Assembly (NCBI GenBank): GCA_036259955.1
Contig: DATAAU010000171.1
Location: forward strand, 1-53,797
Direction of reading: 5' to 3'
Source of the DNA: Nitrososphaera sp.
Lineage (GTDB): Archaea; Thermoproteota; Nitrososphaeria; Nitrososphaerales; Nitrososphaeraceae
DNA: 53,797 bases
Shown here: positions 1-9,800 of the stretch, piece by piece
Layout of the letters: each line of letters opens with the position of its first letter
Position numbering within the stretch: the first letter of the stretch is position 1
Position numbers and translations under genes: made by a program
The notes under the pieces: generated by a model
The model's input: the letters and a program-made list of their open reading frames with translations, nothing else
Database searches by the model: none
Told to the model about the DNA's origin: nothing

Positions 1-6
1 AAAAGG

Positions 7-91
7 TGCGGGAGGTGGGATTTGAACCCACGAACCCCTAAGGGATAAGAGCCTCAGTCTTACGCCTTTGGCCATGCTGGGCGACTCCCGC
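7..91 (-). tRNA. tRNA-Leu(GAG)
   Basis: The reverse complement folds as a cloverleaf: acceptor GCGGGAG/CTCCCGC plus discriminator A, anticodon arm TAAGA-CTGAGGC-TCTTA, long variable arm, T-loop GGTTCAAATCC. Confidence 0.96.
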
Positions 92-300
92 GTTCATGGA
101 AGCACGGTTACCGAGCGCTAATTTAATATTTCTGGTTGTCATGCCTGACCATTCATTACTTTCATATCAATCCCCATCATAGCATGTGGGATGTTGCTCG
201 AGTAATAATCATGGATACTGCGACTGGCTTATTTGACGATTTAACATGAGGTGAAGAATTTATAAATATTTTTAAGTTAACTTAGAACTGTTCTTACAAC

Positions 301-1347
301 GTGACATTATCTGCCCGCTTAGTCAAAATAGATGGGTCCCAAGGGGAGGGCGGCGGGCAAATAGTGCGCACTGCAATTTCGCTTTCTGCAATAACTGGCA
401 GGCCAGTCGAAGTTACCAATATTCGAGCAAACAGGGTAAACCCTGGCCTGCGCCCGCAGCATGTGGCCGGAATCAAAATTATTGCTGAACTCTTTCACGG
501 GAAATTCGAAAACCTGAAGGTTGGTGCTGAATGGATTAGATTCTCACCCTCAGACAGATTCGAGGGTGGCTCGGTCAAATTTGATATTGGCACAGCTGGC
601 AGCATCCCTTTGACTCTAATGACTGTAGTTCCGGCAGTTTCATTCACTAATAACAGCCTTCACATTGAGATCACTGGAGGAACAGACGTCAAAGCAAGCC
701 CGACGATCGATTATATCAAGCACATTGTTTCAAAAAGCTATCTGAGCATCGGTTCAAAGTTCTCAGTGGACGTATTGAAGCGTGGATACTATCCAAATGG
801 AGGTGGTATTGTGCAATCAACCATCAACCCCTGCAGAAGGCCTGACACGATGGAATTCCTGGCTTCTATGCATCTTGAGCCAAAGATTATCAGTGTATCC
901 AGCCAGCTTCCTGTGCATGTTGCTAAGCGACAGGTATCTTCTGCCTTGATCGCCTTAGAAAAAAAGGATATCCGATGCAGCAATTATACAGCATCAATAG
1001 AAAGCTCTATTTCTCCAGGGTCGTCAATTCTAGTGTACTGCGCGTCCGACCAAGGTATCTACGTCGGTGGTGATTCAATAGGGGAGCTTGGCAAACGTGC
1101 AGAGGTCGTCGGGATGGAGGCTGCAGAACGATTCTTACAAAGTATCCTTGCAGAGGCTACTATAGACCCATTTCTTGCAGATATGCTCGTTATTCCGCTT
1201 GCTTTGAGTAAGGGCAGATCTAGGTACCGGGTTGCGCAAGTTACGCGACATCTGCTAACAAACTTAGGTGTTGTAAGCGACATCGTTGGATGCAAATACA
1301 GTGTAGATGATCACGGCAGAAATTATGTCGTCACGGTAGAGGGTTAG
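301..1347 (+). CDS. rtcA: RNA 3'-terminal phosphate cyclase
   Basis: Motifs IDGSQGEGGGQIVR, NPGLRPQH, DIGTAGSI, GGTDV, RGYYPNGGG and catalytic His in TRHLLTN. Confidence 0.95.
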   Translation: MTLSARLVKIDGSQGEGGGQIVRTAISLSAITGRPVEVTNIRANRVNPGLRPQHVAGIKIIAELFHGKFENLKVGAEWIRFSPSDRFEGGSVKFDIGTAGSIPLTLMTVVPAVSFTNNSLHIEITGGTDVKASPTIDYIKHIVSKSYLSIGSKFSVDVLKRGYYPNGGGIVQSTINPCRRPDTMEFLASMHLEPKIISVSSQLPVHVAKRQVSSALIALEKKDIRCSNYTASIESSISPGSSILVYCASDQGIYVGGDSIGELGKRAEVVGMEAAERFLQSILAEATIDPFLADMLVIPLALSKGRSRYRVAQVTRHLLTNLGVVSDIVGCKYSVDDHGRNYVVTVEG

Positions 1348-1853
1348 ATACCTGTATTGAGAAGCGCTGCCAACAGGAGTATTGCAACTGAAAAGACGAC
1401 AATAACCTCGCCTAGAATGATTATCTTGGTTCGTACTGATTGAACGTAGATGCTTCCTCCCTGACCTGACATAATCTTGCGCTCCATGTCCGCATTGAGC
1501 AGCCTTATATGTACAACGTATGCTAGGATAGTACCTATGACTAGGATGATTTTTATGAGCAAGATGTTGCCATAAGTCGTATCAAGAAGAGCACTTGGCT
1601 CCCCAATAAAAGAACGTGAGTTATAGATGCCGCTTGCTATTAACACCGCAAATGCAGGGACCGATATCTTGTTGAACCGCCTGCCAATCTTGACCATCAA
1701 CGCAACCATCTCTTCTAGGGACTTAGTATGGGACTTGAGAACAGGAACAAGCACGATCCCGAGAAAGATTGAGCCTCCAACCCATATTGATGCACCCAGC
1801 AGATGCACCCACATCACGAGGCCGTCTGCCAAAGCCATGATCTTTTTTCGCAC
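1344..1853 (-). CDS. CopD-like membrane protein (about 4 TM)
   Basis: HLLGASIWVGGSIF helix, ASGIYN and YGNILLIKI are typical of CopD/DUF4149-like proteins. The start may be ATG at 1838. Confidence 0.65.
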   Translation of the reverse strand: MRKKIMALADGLVMWVHLLGASIWVGGSIFLGIVLVPVLKSHTKSLEEMVALMVKIGRRFNKISVPAFAVLIASGIYNSRSFIGEPSALLDTTYGNILLIKIILVIGTILAYVVHIRLLNADMERKIMSGQGGSIYVQSVRTKIIILGEVIVVFSVAILLLAALLNTGI

Positions 1854-2448
1854 TGTCGTAATATATTACTGACGCTACATTTTATGCAAAAGCGAAACTT
1901 AGGCATGCCCTGTAAGGTATACTTTTTAACTAAAATATTTCATTACGGGCTAAGCGAAGAGTGCGCCACCAAAATGGCCGAGTCTTACCATGCTTGATGA
2001 GGCAACTTTTGTGAAGCATGATGTGCAAATCTCAAATATCTTGCAGCAAAGCTAACAACCGCAAAATTAGAGGGGTAGCTTCATAATGCTGTAAATGACG
2101 CAGGGCTAGACGTTGATAACCCCGGGATGCAAAACAGGCTCAATCGGACAAATTCATAATGAATCCTATAGATCTCTGCGTTGTCATTGCCCGCCAAAAT
2201 TTACCTGTAAGTTTCACTGCTTGACTGTAATTCGCAAAATAGTTTGTAACAGAGTTTATCTAACAAGATTTACATTATTTACAAAAAATTACTATATCTC
2301 ATATCGATACCTTCTGGTGATCGCAAATCCAAGCTGGTACGATTTGAGTTGATCTTCGACATGAAAAGCACAAGTATGTTGGGATGAAAAAATAGCATCT
2401 GTTTCTAGAAACGTTTTAATCAGCTCACTTAGACAGCTAGCAACGTAA

Positions 2449-2949
2449 TTGATAATAGGCCCCCGAAGAATCGTGCTTATCGGAGCCATTGCTGCCGTCG
2501 CCCTTGCGATCATTTTCTATCCGCTTATTGTACAGACACCTTTTGATCCAGAAAGAGTCGCAATCCAACTGACAGGAGTCGAACTTCAGTCAGGTAGCGA
2601 AGCCGAACAAAGACTTGATCTTAGAATCGCGCTCCAAGTAACAAACACAAATGAATTTACACTAACAACTTCCAGAATTGCGTATGATTTGTTTGCAGAC
2701 AGTGCTCCTGTAGCTTCAGATACCATATCATATGAAGATGTCCCTGTCACAGGCAGACCAGCTTTCTTTTCAAACGAACCAGTGACTATATCCGACACAC
2801 TGACATTGCAATACACAGATGAGATGGCAAATCTCTTCAGCAGGATACTGAATAACAGCACTGATATTAATTGGCAAATAACCGGCACTGCCACGATCGA
2901 ATCTGGCACGACACTGCAGGAAAAGAGATTCTCAAGTGAGTTAGGTTAA
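2449..2949 (+). CDS. Membrane-anchored beta-sandwich protein (LEA-2/WHy-like)
   Basis: N-terminal hydrophobic anchor, then LQVTNTNEFTLTTSRIAYDL resembling the LEA_2 N-x-N strand pattern. Confidence 0.55.
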   Translation: MIIGPRRIVLIGAIAAVALAIIFYPLIVQTPFDPERVAIQLTGVELQSGSEAEQRLDLRIALQVTNTNEFTLTTSRIAYDLFADSAPVASDTISYEDVPVTGRPAFFSNEPVTISDTLTLQYTDEMANLFSRILNNSTDINWQITGTATIESGTTLQEKRFSSELG

Positions 2950-2990
2950 GAAAAGGATGAGAGGAGGAGGAAGAAGAGAGATGATAGCAA

Positions 2991-3080
2991 TGCGGTCACC
3001 GGGATTTGAACCCGGGTTACGGGCTAACTTCGCACACCGCATGGAAGGCCAGTGTCCTAACCAAACTAGACGATGACCGC
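2991..3080 (-). tRNA. tRNA-Gly(TCC) with a 16-nt intron at canonical position 37/38 (intron 3026-3041)
   Basis: Acceptor GCGGTCA/TGACCGC, anticodon loop CT-TCC-A, T arm CCGGG-TTCAAAT-CCCGG. The intron TGCGGTGTGCGAAGTT forms a bulge-helix-bulge (CTTC/GAAG helix, CAT and TTA bulges). Confidence 0.95.
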
Positions 3081-3320
3081 AATATCCCTAGTCCTATAGA
3101 AACCCAATATATACATTATATGTTGACAGGCCCGTGAATTCTTGCCATTGTTATTCGCATCACTCAATGACATTGAAGCACCTGCTCTGCTTACTAGATT
3201 TTGGAGGGTATATTCTTGATATCATGTAAAATCATACAAAACTTCTTCCGTAAAGCATTCAACAGACCAGAAGCTTGTGTCAGCAATTATGAGCAATACT
3301 TCAGTGAGACCTTCGGGAGG

Positions 3321-3884
3321 TCAGTCTGGAAAAATGATATTCAGCAGCATATCTACTGCCTTGTTTTTGGCCTGCTGTTTGTAGTTTTCTATAGTCTTTT
3401 TAGGGACATCAAGTGCCTTTTCTCTTTCAACCTCATCTACTGGCCTGTGATCAAGTGCCCCGTAAAACTGCACCCTATAGCCTTTAAGCCTGCCCGCCAC
3501 TGTCGCCTTGAATATGTCGTGCAACCAAACTGAACCAACAAAATAGATAAAGGGAGGGTTTGGTTTGGTCTTTATCATCTCCGCTATTCTGCCAATTGTA
3601 TGATCCATGTTCTGCGAATCAGTGTCTATTGCAATGATATTATTACTAATTCCACCCCTGATCAGTTCGTTTTTAACCCTTGAAGCCGGCCCCCGAGCTC
3701 CTACTATCATTATCATCGTCTTATGTTTGTCCGGTCGTGACTTCATGATCATACTATAGGTTTCAAGACCAACCTTTATTCGCTCTCCTATGTAATCGGG
3801 GAGCTCATCGTCCGTCTCCAATTTGCCCCTGTAAATAGCATATATAACAAGTAAATTGCCGTCAGTGAATCGGTATTCGGACAT
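3321..3884 (-). CDS. Hypothetical alpha/beta protein (possibly distant YdcF/DUF218-like)
   Basis: 187-aa ORF in a co-directional run with 3-nt spacing to the upstream gene. The family guess is weak. Confidence 0.6.
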   Translation of the reverse strand: MSEYRFTDGNLLVIYAIYRGKLETDDELPDYIGERIKVGLETYSMIMKSRPDKHKTMIMIVGARGPASRVKNELIRGGISNNIIAIDTDSQNMDHTIGRIAEMIKTKPNPPFIYFVGSVWLHDIFKATVAGRLKGYRVQFYGALDHRPVDEVEREKALDVPKKTIENYKQQAKNKAVDMLLNIIFPD

Positions 3885-3887
3885 CCC

Positions 3888-4217
3888 CTAGTACCAAACC
3901 GAAGTTACTTTTTTTGGAACAGAGATTTGTCGTTCAATCTCGTCGAGCCGTTGTAGGCATTCTGGATTTTTTTGCAGATCATGAAATTTCTTGTCATGTC
4001 TTATCTTTCTCAAGACCTCTAGCACTTCATCTGTCGAAACCCCATGCTTGATATCATAGTCTATCTGCTTGGCACAGCTTGATGCTGTGCTATATCTTTT
4101 ATAATTTCGTTTTTCGAAAGAAGAAGCGTCTGGTGAAATGCCCTTTATAAAGCGGACGATTACCTTTTCAACGTGTTCAAGATGCCAGTCCTTCATAGCA
4201 TAATTATTGGGCTTCAT
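3888..4217 (-). CDS. Hypothetical protein
   Basis: 109-aa ATG ORF tightly packed in a minus-strand operon-like run, protein-like composition. Confidence 0.7.
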   Translation of the reverse strand: MKPNNYAMKDWHLEHVEKVIVRFIKGISPDASSFEKRNYKRYSTASSCAKQIDYDIKHGVSTDEVLEVLRKIRHDKKFHDLQKNPECLQRLDEIERQISVPKKVTSVWY

Positions 4218-4253
4218 AATTGCTACTCTCTATTGTCTAGGATGTCAGGTTAT

Positions 4254-5642
4254 TTAATCTCTTGTCCTATTCTGAAGGTAATCAGAAAGATGTACTTTTT
4301 CTTCACCAGGAATTTTGGCGATCTCAAATCTCTCTTTTGCCTTGAGTAGCGTTGCAGTCGCATCTATGCCTAACTTCGTTGTCAGCAAATTATCCTGATC
4401 ACTCGAGGGGTCGAGACTGGATCCTTTTGTGTTGGGAATTACGATGAAGTCTCTGTCAGCTTGACTTCTCGTGGCAATAGCATACTCTACTGCAACTGGA
4501 TCGGCCGGGCTGATATCGTCATCTACCACTATCGCTATCTTAAGCGAGGGATGAGCAGCAAATGCTGCCAAAAGCGCATTCTTGGGTTCGCCCTCCAAGC
4601 GCTTCTTTATCTGTATCACTGCCGCTAGCCAGTTACTGCCTCCATCTGTGAGGTGAACTGATTGAGTGGTCGGGACCACATTTTTGATGTAATCATACAT
4701 TTTTGCCTCAACTGGCAAGCCCATTAGTAGACGATGTTCAGCGTAACCCGGCAGAATGTCATGGTAAATAGCGTTATCGCGGAACATTATCTTGTCAAGC
4801 TCAAACACTGGCTGCTTGCGCCTGAAATCATATGTGCGGAGCATTTCGACCATCCATTCCTCGTGTGTCTTATCGTTTAGGATCCTTCCTTCGAGAATGA
4901 ATTCGGCATGGTTTGGAACATACAGCTTGGAATAGCTTGTCTTTGATAGTACAAGATTACCATCAAGGAGCGAGTTGGCTATGAGCATCTCGTCGACACC
5001 ATATGCTGCCTGATATGCGGCTGCAATGTTTACTGCAGGATGCACCCCAATTGCAATTGCAACTCTCAAGTCTTCGCCATGGTCACGGGCGTAAGTGAAG
5101 CTTTTGTGAAGATGTCTTCCCTCTACCATGCGTATAGCCATATGATGATCATCAAGCCGAAGGAGCCGATGGGTGGACTGGTTCTGCTTGCCCTTTTCCT
5201 GATTCTCTGAAAATACTATGGAGGAGGTGATAAATGGTCCAGCATCCTTTTCAAAATGTGTAACTATTGGTAGATCGTACAAGTTCTTAGATGAATTTGC
5301 TTCGAAGAGCGCACTGTCTTGAGTCCTTACAGGTTCCGATAGAGTATTGAGAGCTTCGGTAACGCGACTGTGAATATTTTTTTTAACATTATACTCATTT
5401 GATCTTTGGGAGGTACCTCCTAGAGCAAGGTAAAATCTTTTGGGGGTCGCTAAAACATTGCACATGACTCTGCTCTTACTACCGCGGACATTCTCAAAGA
5501 GTACTGCCTTTCTGCCATCCAATTTTGCAGTAACTGCAGCAATTTCATATTCTGCATTGACTTCCCTGCTTACACGTACAAGTTCATTTTCATTCTCTAG
5601 CATCATCATGAAGCTGCGGAAATCATTGCTATTGTTTTTCAT
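4254..5642 (-). CDS. ubiD: UbiD-family prFMN-dependent decarboxylase (likely anhydromevalonate phosphate decarboxylase)
   Basis: LPIVTHFEKDAGPFITS, STHRL, VAIAIGVHPA, AEFILEG, KIAIVVDDDI, GSSLDPS and KLGIDAT motifs. AcnX subunits lie 4.4 kb away. Confidence 0.9.
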   Translation of the reverse strand: MKNNSNDFRSFMMMLENENELVRVSREVNAEYEIAAVTAKLDGRKAVLFENVRGSKSRVMCNVLATPKRFYLALGGTSQRSNEYNVKKNIHSRVTEALNTLSEPVRTQDSALFEANSSKNLYDLPIVTHFEKDAGPFITSSIVFSENQEKGKQNQSTHRLLRLDDHHMAIRMVEGRHLHKSFTYARDHGEDLRVAIAIGVHPAVNIAAAYQAAYGVDEMLIANSLLDGNLVLSKTSYSKLYVPNHAEFILEGRILNDKTHEEWMVEMLRTYDFRRKQPVFELDKIMFRDNAIYHDILPGYAEHRLLMGLPVEAKMYDYIKNVVPTTQSVHLTDGGSNWLAAVIQIKKRLEGEPKNALLAAFAAHPSLKIAIVVDDDISPADPVAVEYAIATRSQADRDFIVIPNTKGSSLDPSSDQDNLLTTKLGIDATATLLKAKERFEIAKIPGEEKVHLSDYLQNRTRD

Positions 5643-5991
5643 GGCTTTTGCTTCTGATAGTGTTCATTACCTCCTCCATAATTGCCTTCATGTCGTCAAG
5701 CTGAAGTTGGCTCTTGCTGTATAGTGAGACTAATGATATACCGTTTATCATGGATGATGTTTTCTCCGCTAGTGAGTTGATAAAAATTGAATCGTACTTA
5801 CTTGGTATAACCTTAGCAGTGCTGATTTTATTAGATGTGCTGATAGCCATAGAGACCGCTCCTATGCGTGGTTGGCCTTCAGTTATCACTACAAAACAGC
5901 CATTTTGAAAAAAAGTCATACTCAGAGAAAAATAACGTGAAGTGCTTTGGCTAGCGATCCTGGTCACAAGAACCTCCGGCTCGTTTTCCAT
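5629..5991 (-). CDS. Small conserved protein, possibly proteasome-assembly-chaperone (PAC4)-like
   Basis: 120 aa, beta-rich N-half then helices, overlaps the ubiD start. The family is inferred. Confidence 0.5.
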   Translation of the reverse strand: MENEPEVLVTRIASQSTSRYFSLSMTFFQNGCFVVITEGQPRIGAVSMAISTSNKISTAKVIPSKYDSIFINSLAEKTSSMINGISLVSLYSKSQLQLDDMKAIMEEVMNTIRSKSHEKQ

Positions 5992-5995
5992 TCGC

Positions 5996-6259
5996 TTACC
6001 TTACGCGTACTGTTATTGGCTTTGCCACTTTAATATCTGTCTGCTTGCGTGTCCTTGCCCTAAGCTTTGCCTTGTACTTTAAGTTTCTAGGCTTAGTCCT
6101 CAGCCTATAACCGCAGCATGGGCACCAAAGGCCATCCCATTTTATAAATATCTCACATATCTGGCATCTTTTCTGTCCACTGGCGTATCTGCCTGATCCA
6201 ACAGGCTTTTGAGCCTTATGACGAATACATATACCTTTACAAGTCATTTCTTTTATCAC
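5996..6259 (-). CDS. Small basic Cys-rich zinc-finger protein
   Basis: MTCKGIC, CQIC and CPCC motifs with a basic tail. Confidence 0.8.
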   Translation of the reverse strand: MIKEMTCKGICIRHKAQKPVGSGRYASGQKRCQICEIFIKWDGLWCPCCGYRLRTKPRNLKYKAKLRARTRKQTDIKVAKPITVRVR

Positions 6260-6561
6260 CTGGTAAAATGACTAACACAGCACAGACGGCAACATTAGCC
6301 TCGGTTAGTCTAATACCAATCATCAATTATGCATCATATCTATTTAAGATTTATACAATTTCTTTACTCCGAAAATCCTGGATTTTGCAAGATTTATATA
6401 TTTTCTGCAGACTCTTTTTGTAAAGATTTGAGTAATATGTAGTATACGTAAATTTATTATCATATATATTTTACACTGTATGACCGAATTGCCGCTATTA
6501 TTACAATAAAGTGAAATATTCATCAACAAATCCTGATTTTACTGAGTGAGCAGTCTTGAAC

Positions 6562-7566
6562 TTAAAGCCAGTGTGGAATCTTAAGAAAGTCACCTATAGG
6601 CTCTTTTCGAAGAAGCTTGAGAAGGGAAAGGGCCTGAGGAACGGAGAGCATTGGTTTATTAAAATGGTTGTCTGTTCCTAACCTTGGGCATGCGACTTGG
6701 ACAAAGGCATCTATTCCTTTAAAAATCTGAATACGCTCTTGTGTTATTTCTGTTAAAGCTATCATCTGGACTTTCTTGCCCAACTTCTCAAACTCTTTTT
6801 TTAGCTCTAACGCTCTCAGGTGAGCAAATTGACCTTCCTTCAGTCCTATTATGATCCCTAGCTTTTCGGCATCAAGGGCCTTATATATCGAAAGGATTGC
6901 TTTCTTCTGCATGGTTTGAGCAAACTCGTTTACTTCATTATATTCCTCAAAATATGGATCAAGCATGAACGTCGGCTTTTCAGTAGACATAGCAACACTA
7001 GCAGAGTGAAACATGCTCTGTCCTAAGAAAATGTATGCGTCTACTTGTTTTTGCACGTTATAAGCTGGGTAAAATTCACAGCCAAATACTTGGGCGTCAC
7101 GAAGTTGGCCTTTCCCTCTTCCTATTATGACGTTATAGCCGTGATCTTCGAATATACTTTTTACTCTGTCTATTTGGTGGAGGTGCTGACTATCGGTTAC
7201 AAGGGACACAGTCTTGTACTTTCCTATAAGATCTCTCGCACATTTGTTTGCTATAACATCAAAGCTGATGTCATCAAATGCGCCTATCATCACGACCTTC
7301 TGGCCAAAAGTATCAATTGCAATAGTGTGGCCAATATTGAACAAGATGTCTGCAGACAACATATCTGCAGCGTGGGTGTTAAGGTCGCATGAACCCCAGC
7401 ATGTATCACCTATGATGTAGACCTGAATGCCAAACACCTCTGAAATATGATCAGCTACATCTTGCAATTTTGGGATCAGTGCCTCAGGTCCATTAAGTGC
7501 CACTGACCTAGGCTTCCTGCGTTCTATAACTTCGAAAACACTTTTCTCATCTATTCTGATTGTCAT
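6562..7566 (-). CDS. dph2: 2-(3-amino-3-carboxypropyl)histidine synthase (diphthamide biosynthesis)
   Basis: GPEAL and three cluster cysteines in CWGSCD, VFGCEF and ACPR, plus GIIIGLKEGQ. Start placed at ATG 7566, which forms an ATGA overlap with the ferredoxin stop. Confidence 0.92.
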   Translation of the reverse strand: MTIRIDEKSVFEVIERRKPRSVALNGPEALIPKLQDVADHISEVFGIQVYIIGDTCWGSCDLNTHAADMLSADILFNIGHTIAIDTFGQKVVMIGAFDDISFDVIANKCARDLIGKYKTVSLVTDSQHLHQIDRVKSIFEDHGYNVIIGRGKGQLRDAQVFGCEFYPAYNVQKQVDAYIFLGQSMFHSASVAMSTEKPTFMLDPYFEEYNEVNEFAQTMQKKAILSIYKALDAEKLGIIIGLKEGQFAHLRALELKKEFEKLGKKVQMIALTEITQERIQIFKGIDAFVQVACPRLGTDNHFNKPMLSVPQALSLLKLLRKEPIGDFLKIPHWL

Positions 7567-7862
7567 ACCTGTTGCTTTGTCACCCTGATTGCAGATTTTG
7601 GGCATACTGCCTCACATCCCAAGCAGTAAATACAGTCGCGCTCCCTCCTCGGTATAGCTTTCCTGTCTACACCTGCACCATGCCAATCAAACACGTCTAC
7701 TGGGCATACTTCAATGCACGCGCCGTCGCCTATACACGAATCAAAATCGACTGCCACTTCGGTGCCATAGATGCCCTGGTTACTTGATGCATCCTTCCAA
7801 ACTCTGAGCCCGTGATGGCTTGTAGCAATTCTGTTAGTCAGGAAATTTGGATCAATAGGCAA
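7563..7862 (-). CDS. Dicluster (7Fe/8Fe-type) ferredoxin
   Basis: CIGDGACIEVCP and CIYCLGCEAVCP motifs. Likely TTG start at 7862 (MPIDPNF), about 25 nt after a TTTAAA box. Confidence 0.92.
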   Translation of the reverse strand: MPIDPNFLTNRIATSHHGLRVWKDASSNQGIYGTEVAVDFDSCIGDGACIEVCPVDVFDWHGAGVDRKAIPRRERDCIYCLGCEAVCPKSAIRVTKQQV

Positions 7863-7914
7863 TACGTAAAACAGAATTTTGCCGAACTCCATTTAAATCA
7901 TGCTATAAAAGTTT

Positions 7915-8229
7915 AGAGGCAGCCTGCCGGTACCACCGTTAGCAAAAGGTCCCATCTCAGGCCCTGCAAGATCCACCACGTAGACGTGCTAGCAGGGTTA
8001 TGACGCCTTAGGGTTGCTCCCTCCCGGACCTCACCCATTTCGACGATTTGCGGTCGAGACTCCGCCTTCGCGTAGATCGCCGCTCATAACCATCCGGCAC
8101 GGCATGATTTCATTTCAGCAAGTCAAGCGGGTGCCTCCTGCCAGCGGATTTACCCGACAGTTACTGATCCTGGCATAAAGCCGATTTCCAGTATGGGGTA
8201 CGGCTAGCACCCCGATCCTCCCTGCCCCT
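7915..8229 (-). ncRNA. ffs: Archaeal signal recognition particle (7S) RNA
   Basis: ORF-free GC-rich stretch of about 315 nt. The minus strand has helix 8 GGGTGAGGTCC-GGGA-GGGAGCAACCC, and the termini pair (AGGGGCAG / CTGCCTCT). Ends approximate. Confidence 0.92.
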
Positions 8230-8269
8230 GTATACCATTAGTAAAATGACTATATTTGCTTGTTGGCCA

Positions 8270-9205
8270 TTACAAAACACTCAAAGTCCTACATACTGAG
8301 CAAATATCGCCTGTGGAAACGCGATCGCATCTTAAACACCTTTTGACTTGCGAAGACGACGACGATGCCATGGTGTCACGTATAATTTTCGATACTTTCA
8401 TCATAGACCTATAGGCGTTGTACTTGATACCCTGATGGTCTGTCTCAAGTCTGTTGAAAAATTCGCGCAAATCCGTACGTATACTTTCGTTCATATAAGG
8501 ACATTCTTCGGACTGAAACGGAATATCGCGCTGGAGAGCGTAAAAGGCTATCTCATATTCATAAATTTCAACGAATGGCTTGATTTTTTTTATGCCATTT
8601 TGCACGTATTGCACGGGTTCTGGATATATCCAGCCGATGCGCTCAACGTCGCCAGCTAACAAGTTAATCATGAATGTTTGAAGTTGATCGTCCATGTTAT
8701 GCGCAGTTGCCACTATATCAGCTCCAACTGTTTCTGCAGCGATATCTAGTGCACGTCGGCGGAATGTACCGCAGATAGAACAAGATGATGTTTTCTGAGA
8801 TGATCGTTGAATGACAGCTCGATCCATATCTATTCCAAAGAGTGACTGATAACTCAGCACTTTACTTTCTATGTTAAGCTGAGCGCAGAAGTCCTTCACT
8901 ATCTGGAGAGATTCATCGCGATAACCCTTGATACCTTCATCTATTGTGACTGCGACTAATTCGTTATCATTATTTGGATGTTGATCGAAAAGTACCTTTA
9001 AGACGTACAAAAGGGACAAGCTATCTTTGCCGCCCGAAACTCCTACTGCGACCTTGTCACCATATTCTAGCATTGAATACTTGGAAATCGTCTTTGCGGC
9101 CTTGCTTTCAATTGAGCGTAGGAAACACTTCTTACACAGATATTCGCCAGAATGCGCTCTCAAGTAGATGCTCTCTGCTTTTTGACACTTGATGCAGCAA
9201 GGCAT
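8270..9205 (-). CDS. tRNA 2-thiolation protein, Ncs6/TtuA family (TIGR00269)
   Basis: PP-loop SGGKDS, terminal CxxC zinc fingers, CSICG.FRR, ATAHNMDD and ECPY. Confidence 0.92.
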   Translation of the reverse strand: MPCCIKCQKAESIYLRAHSGEYLCKKCFLRSIESKAAKTISKYSMLEYGDKVAVGVSGGKDSLSLLYVLKVLFDQHPNNDNELVAVTIDEGIKGYRDESLQIVKDFCAQLNIESKVLSYQSLFGIDMDRAVIQRSSQKTSSCSICGTFRRRALDIAAETVGADIVATAHNMDDQLQTFMINLLAGDVERIGWIYPEPVQYVQNGIKKIKPFVEIYEYEIAFYALQRDIPFQSEECPYMNESIRTDLREFFNRLETDHQGIKYNAYRSMMKVSKIIRDTMASSSSSQVKRCLRCDRVSTGDICSVCRTLSVL

Positions 9206-9240
9206 ATTTGGATACTAGCAAAATGCAAGAGTTATTAATC

Positions 9241-9254
9241 ATTCGAACACGAAT
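9241..9254. promoter_or_regulatory. Inverted repeat ATTCG-AACA-CGAAT between divergent promoters
   Basis: Sits between two AT-rich TATA-like boxes in the 80-bp ncs6/Lrp intergenic region. Confidence 0.35.
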
Positions 9255-9285
9255 CGTTAATAAATCGAGATAGTGCATCATTTCT

Positions 9286-9792
9286 ATGCTGTTACCTTCA
9301 GAGTTACTGGACGAGATCAATCTCAGAATACTAGACATCTTGAGTCAAGATGCATCACGTCCATTTGTGGATATAGCTAGGGAGCTTGAAATCTCTGATG
9401 CAACAGTACACATCCGGGTTAAGAGACTACAGGCAGCTGGTATACTCCGTAAGTTTACTATCAAAACAGACAATGTGCTTTTAGGCTATGATCATCTTGC
9501 ATTCATAGGAATAAACATTAGCAAAGGTTCTAGGGACGAAGTCTTGGTCACCTTATCTCAGCTTGACGAGATATTAGAATTGCACGAAATGTATGGCCAG
9601 TTCGATTTACTTGCGAAGATACGTGCGAGAAGCCTCGAAGGAATGAGAGATATAATTGTGAATAAAATTAGTACAATCCCTCAAATAACAGAAGCACAAT
9701 CAATGATGGTATTAAAAACTATAAAGGAGGAACATATGATTCCCTTGAAAAAGGACATTGCTGATGCTGCAGGTGGTGCACTTGCTATATAG
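9286..9792 (+). CDS. Lrp/AsnC-family transcriptional regulator
   Basis: LDEINLRILDILSQDASRPFVDIAREL HTH followed by a RAM domain (HEMYGQFDL). Confidence 0.93.
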   Translation: MLLPSELLDEINLRILDILSQDASRPFVDIARELEISDATVHIRVKRLQAAGILRKFTIKTDNVLLGYDHLAFIGINISKGSRDEVLVTLSQLDEILELHEMYGQFDLLAKIRARSLEGMRDIIVNKISTIPQITEAQSMMVLKTIKEEHMIPLKKDIADAAGGALAI

Positions 9793-9800
9793 AGACGGTG

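Noticed and set aside
2401-2412. Palindrome GTTTCTAGAAAC, similar to TGTTTCT-CT-AGAAACA at 32764-32779
   Set aside because: Spacer lengths differ and the second copy is not near a credible gene start. Insufficient for a regulon claim.
2950-2981. Purine-rich GAG/GAA run
   Set aside because: It is the pyrimidine tract downstream of the minus-strand tRNA-Gly, consistent with ordinary termination rather than a repeat element.
7567-7605. Longer dph2 start at 7605 (and ferredoxin start at 7892) from the ORF track
   Set aside because: These would overlap the neighbouring gene or its TATA box. The ATGA overlap at 7563-7566 and the MPID start are more plausible.
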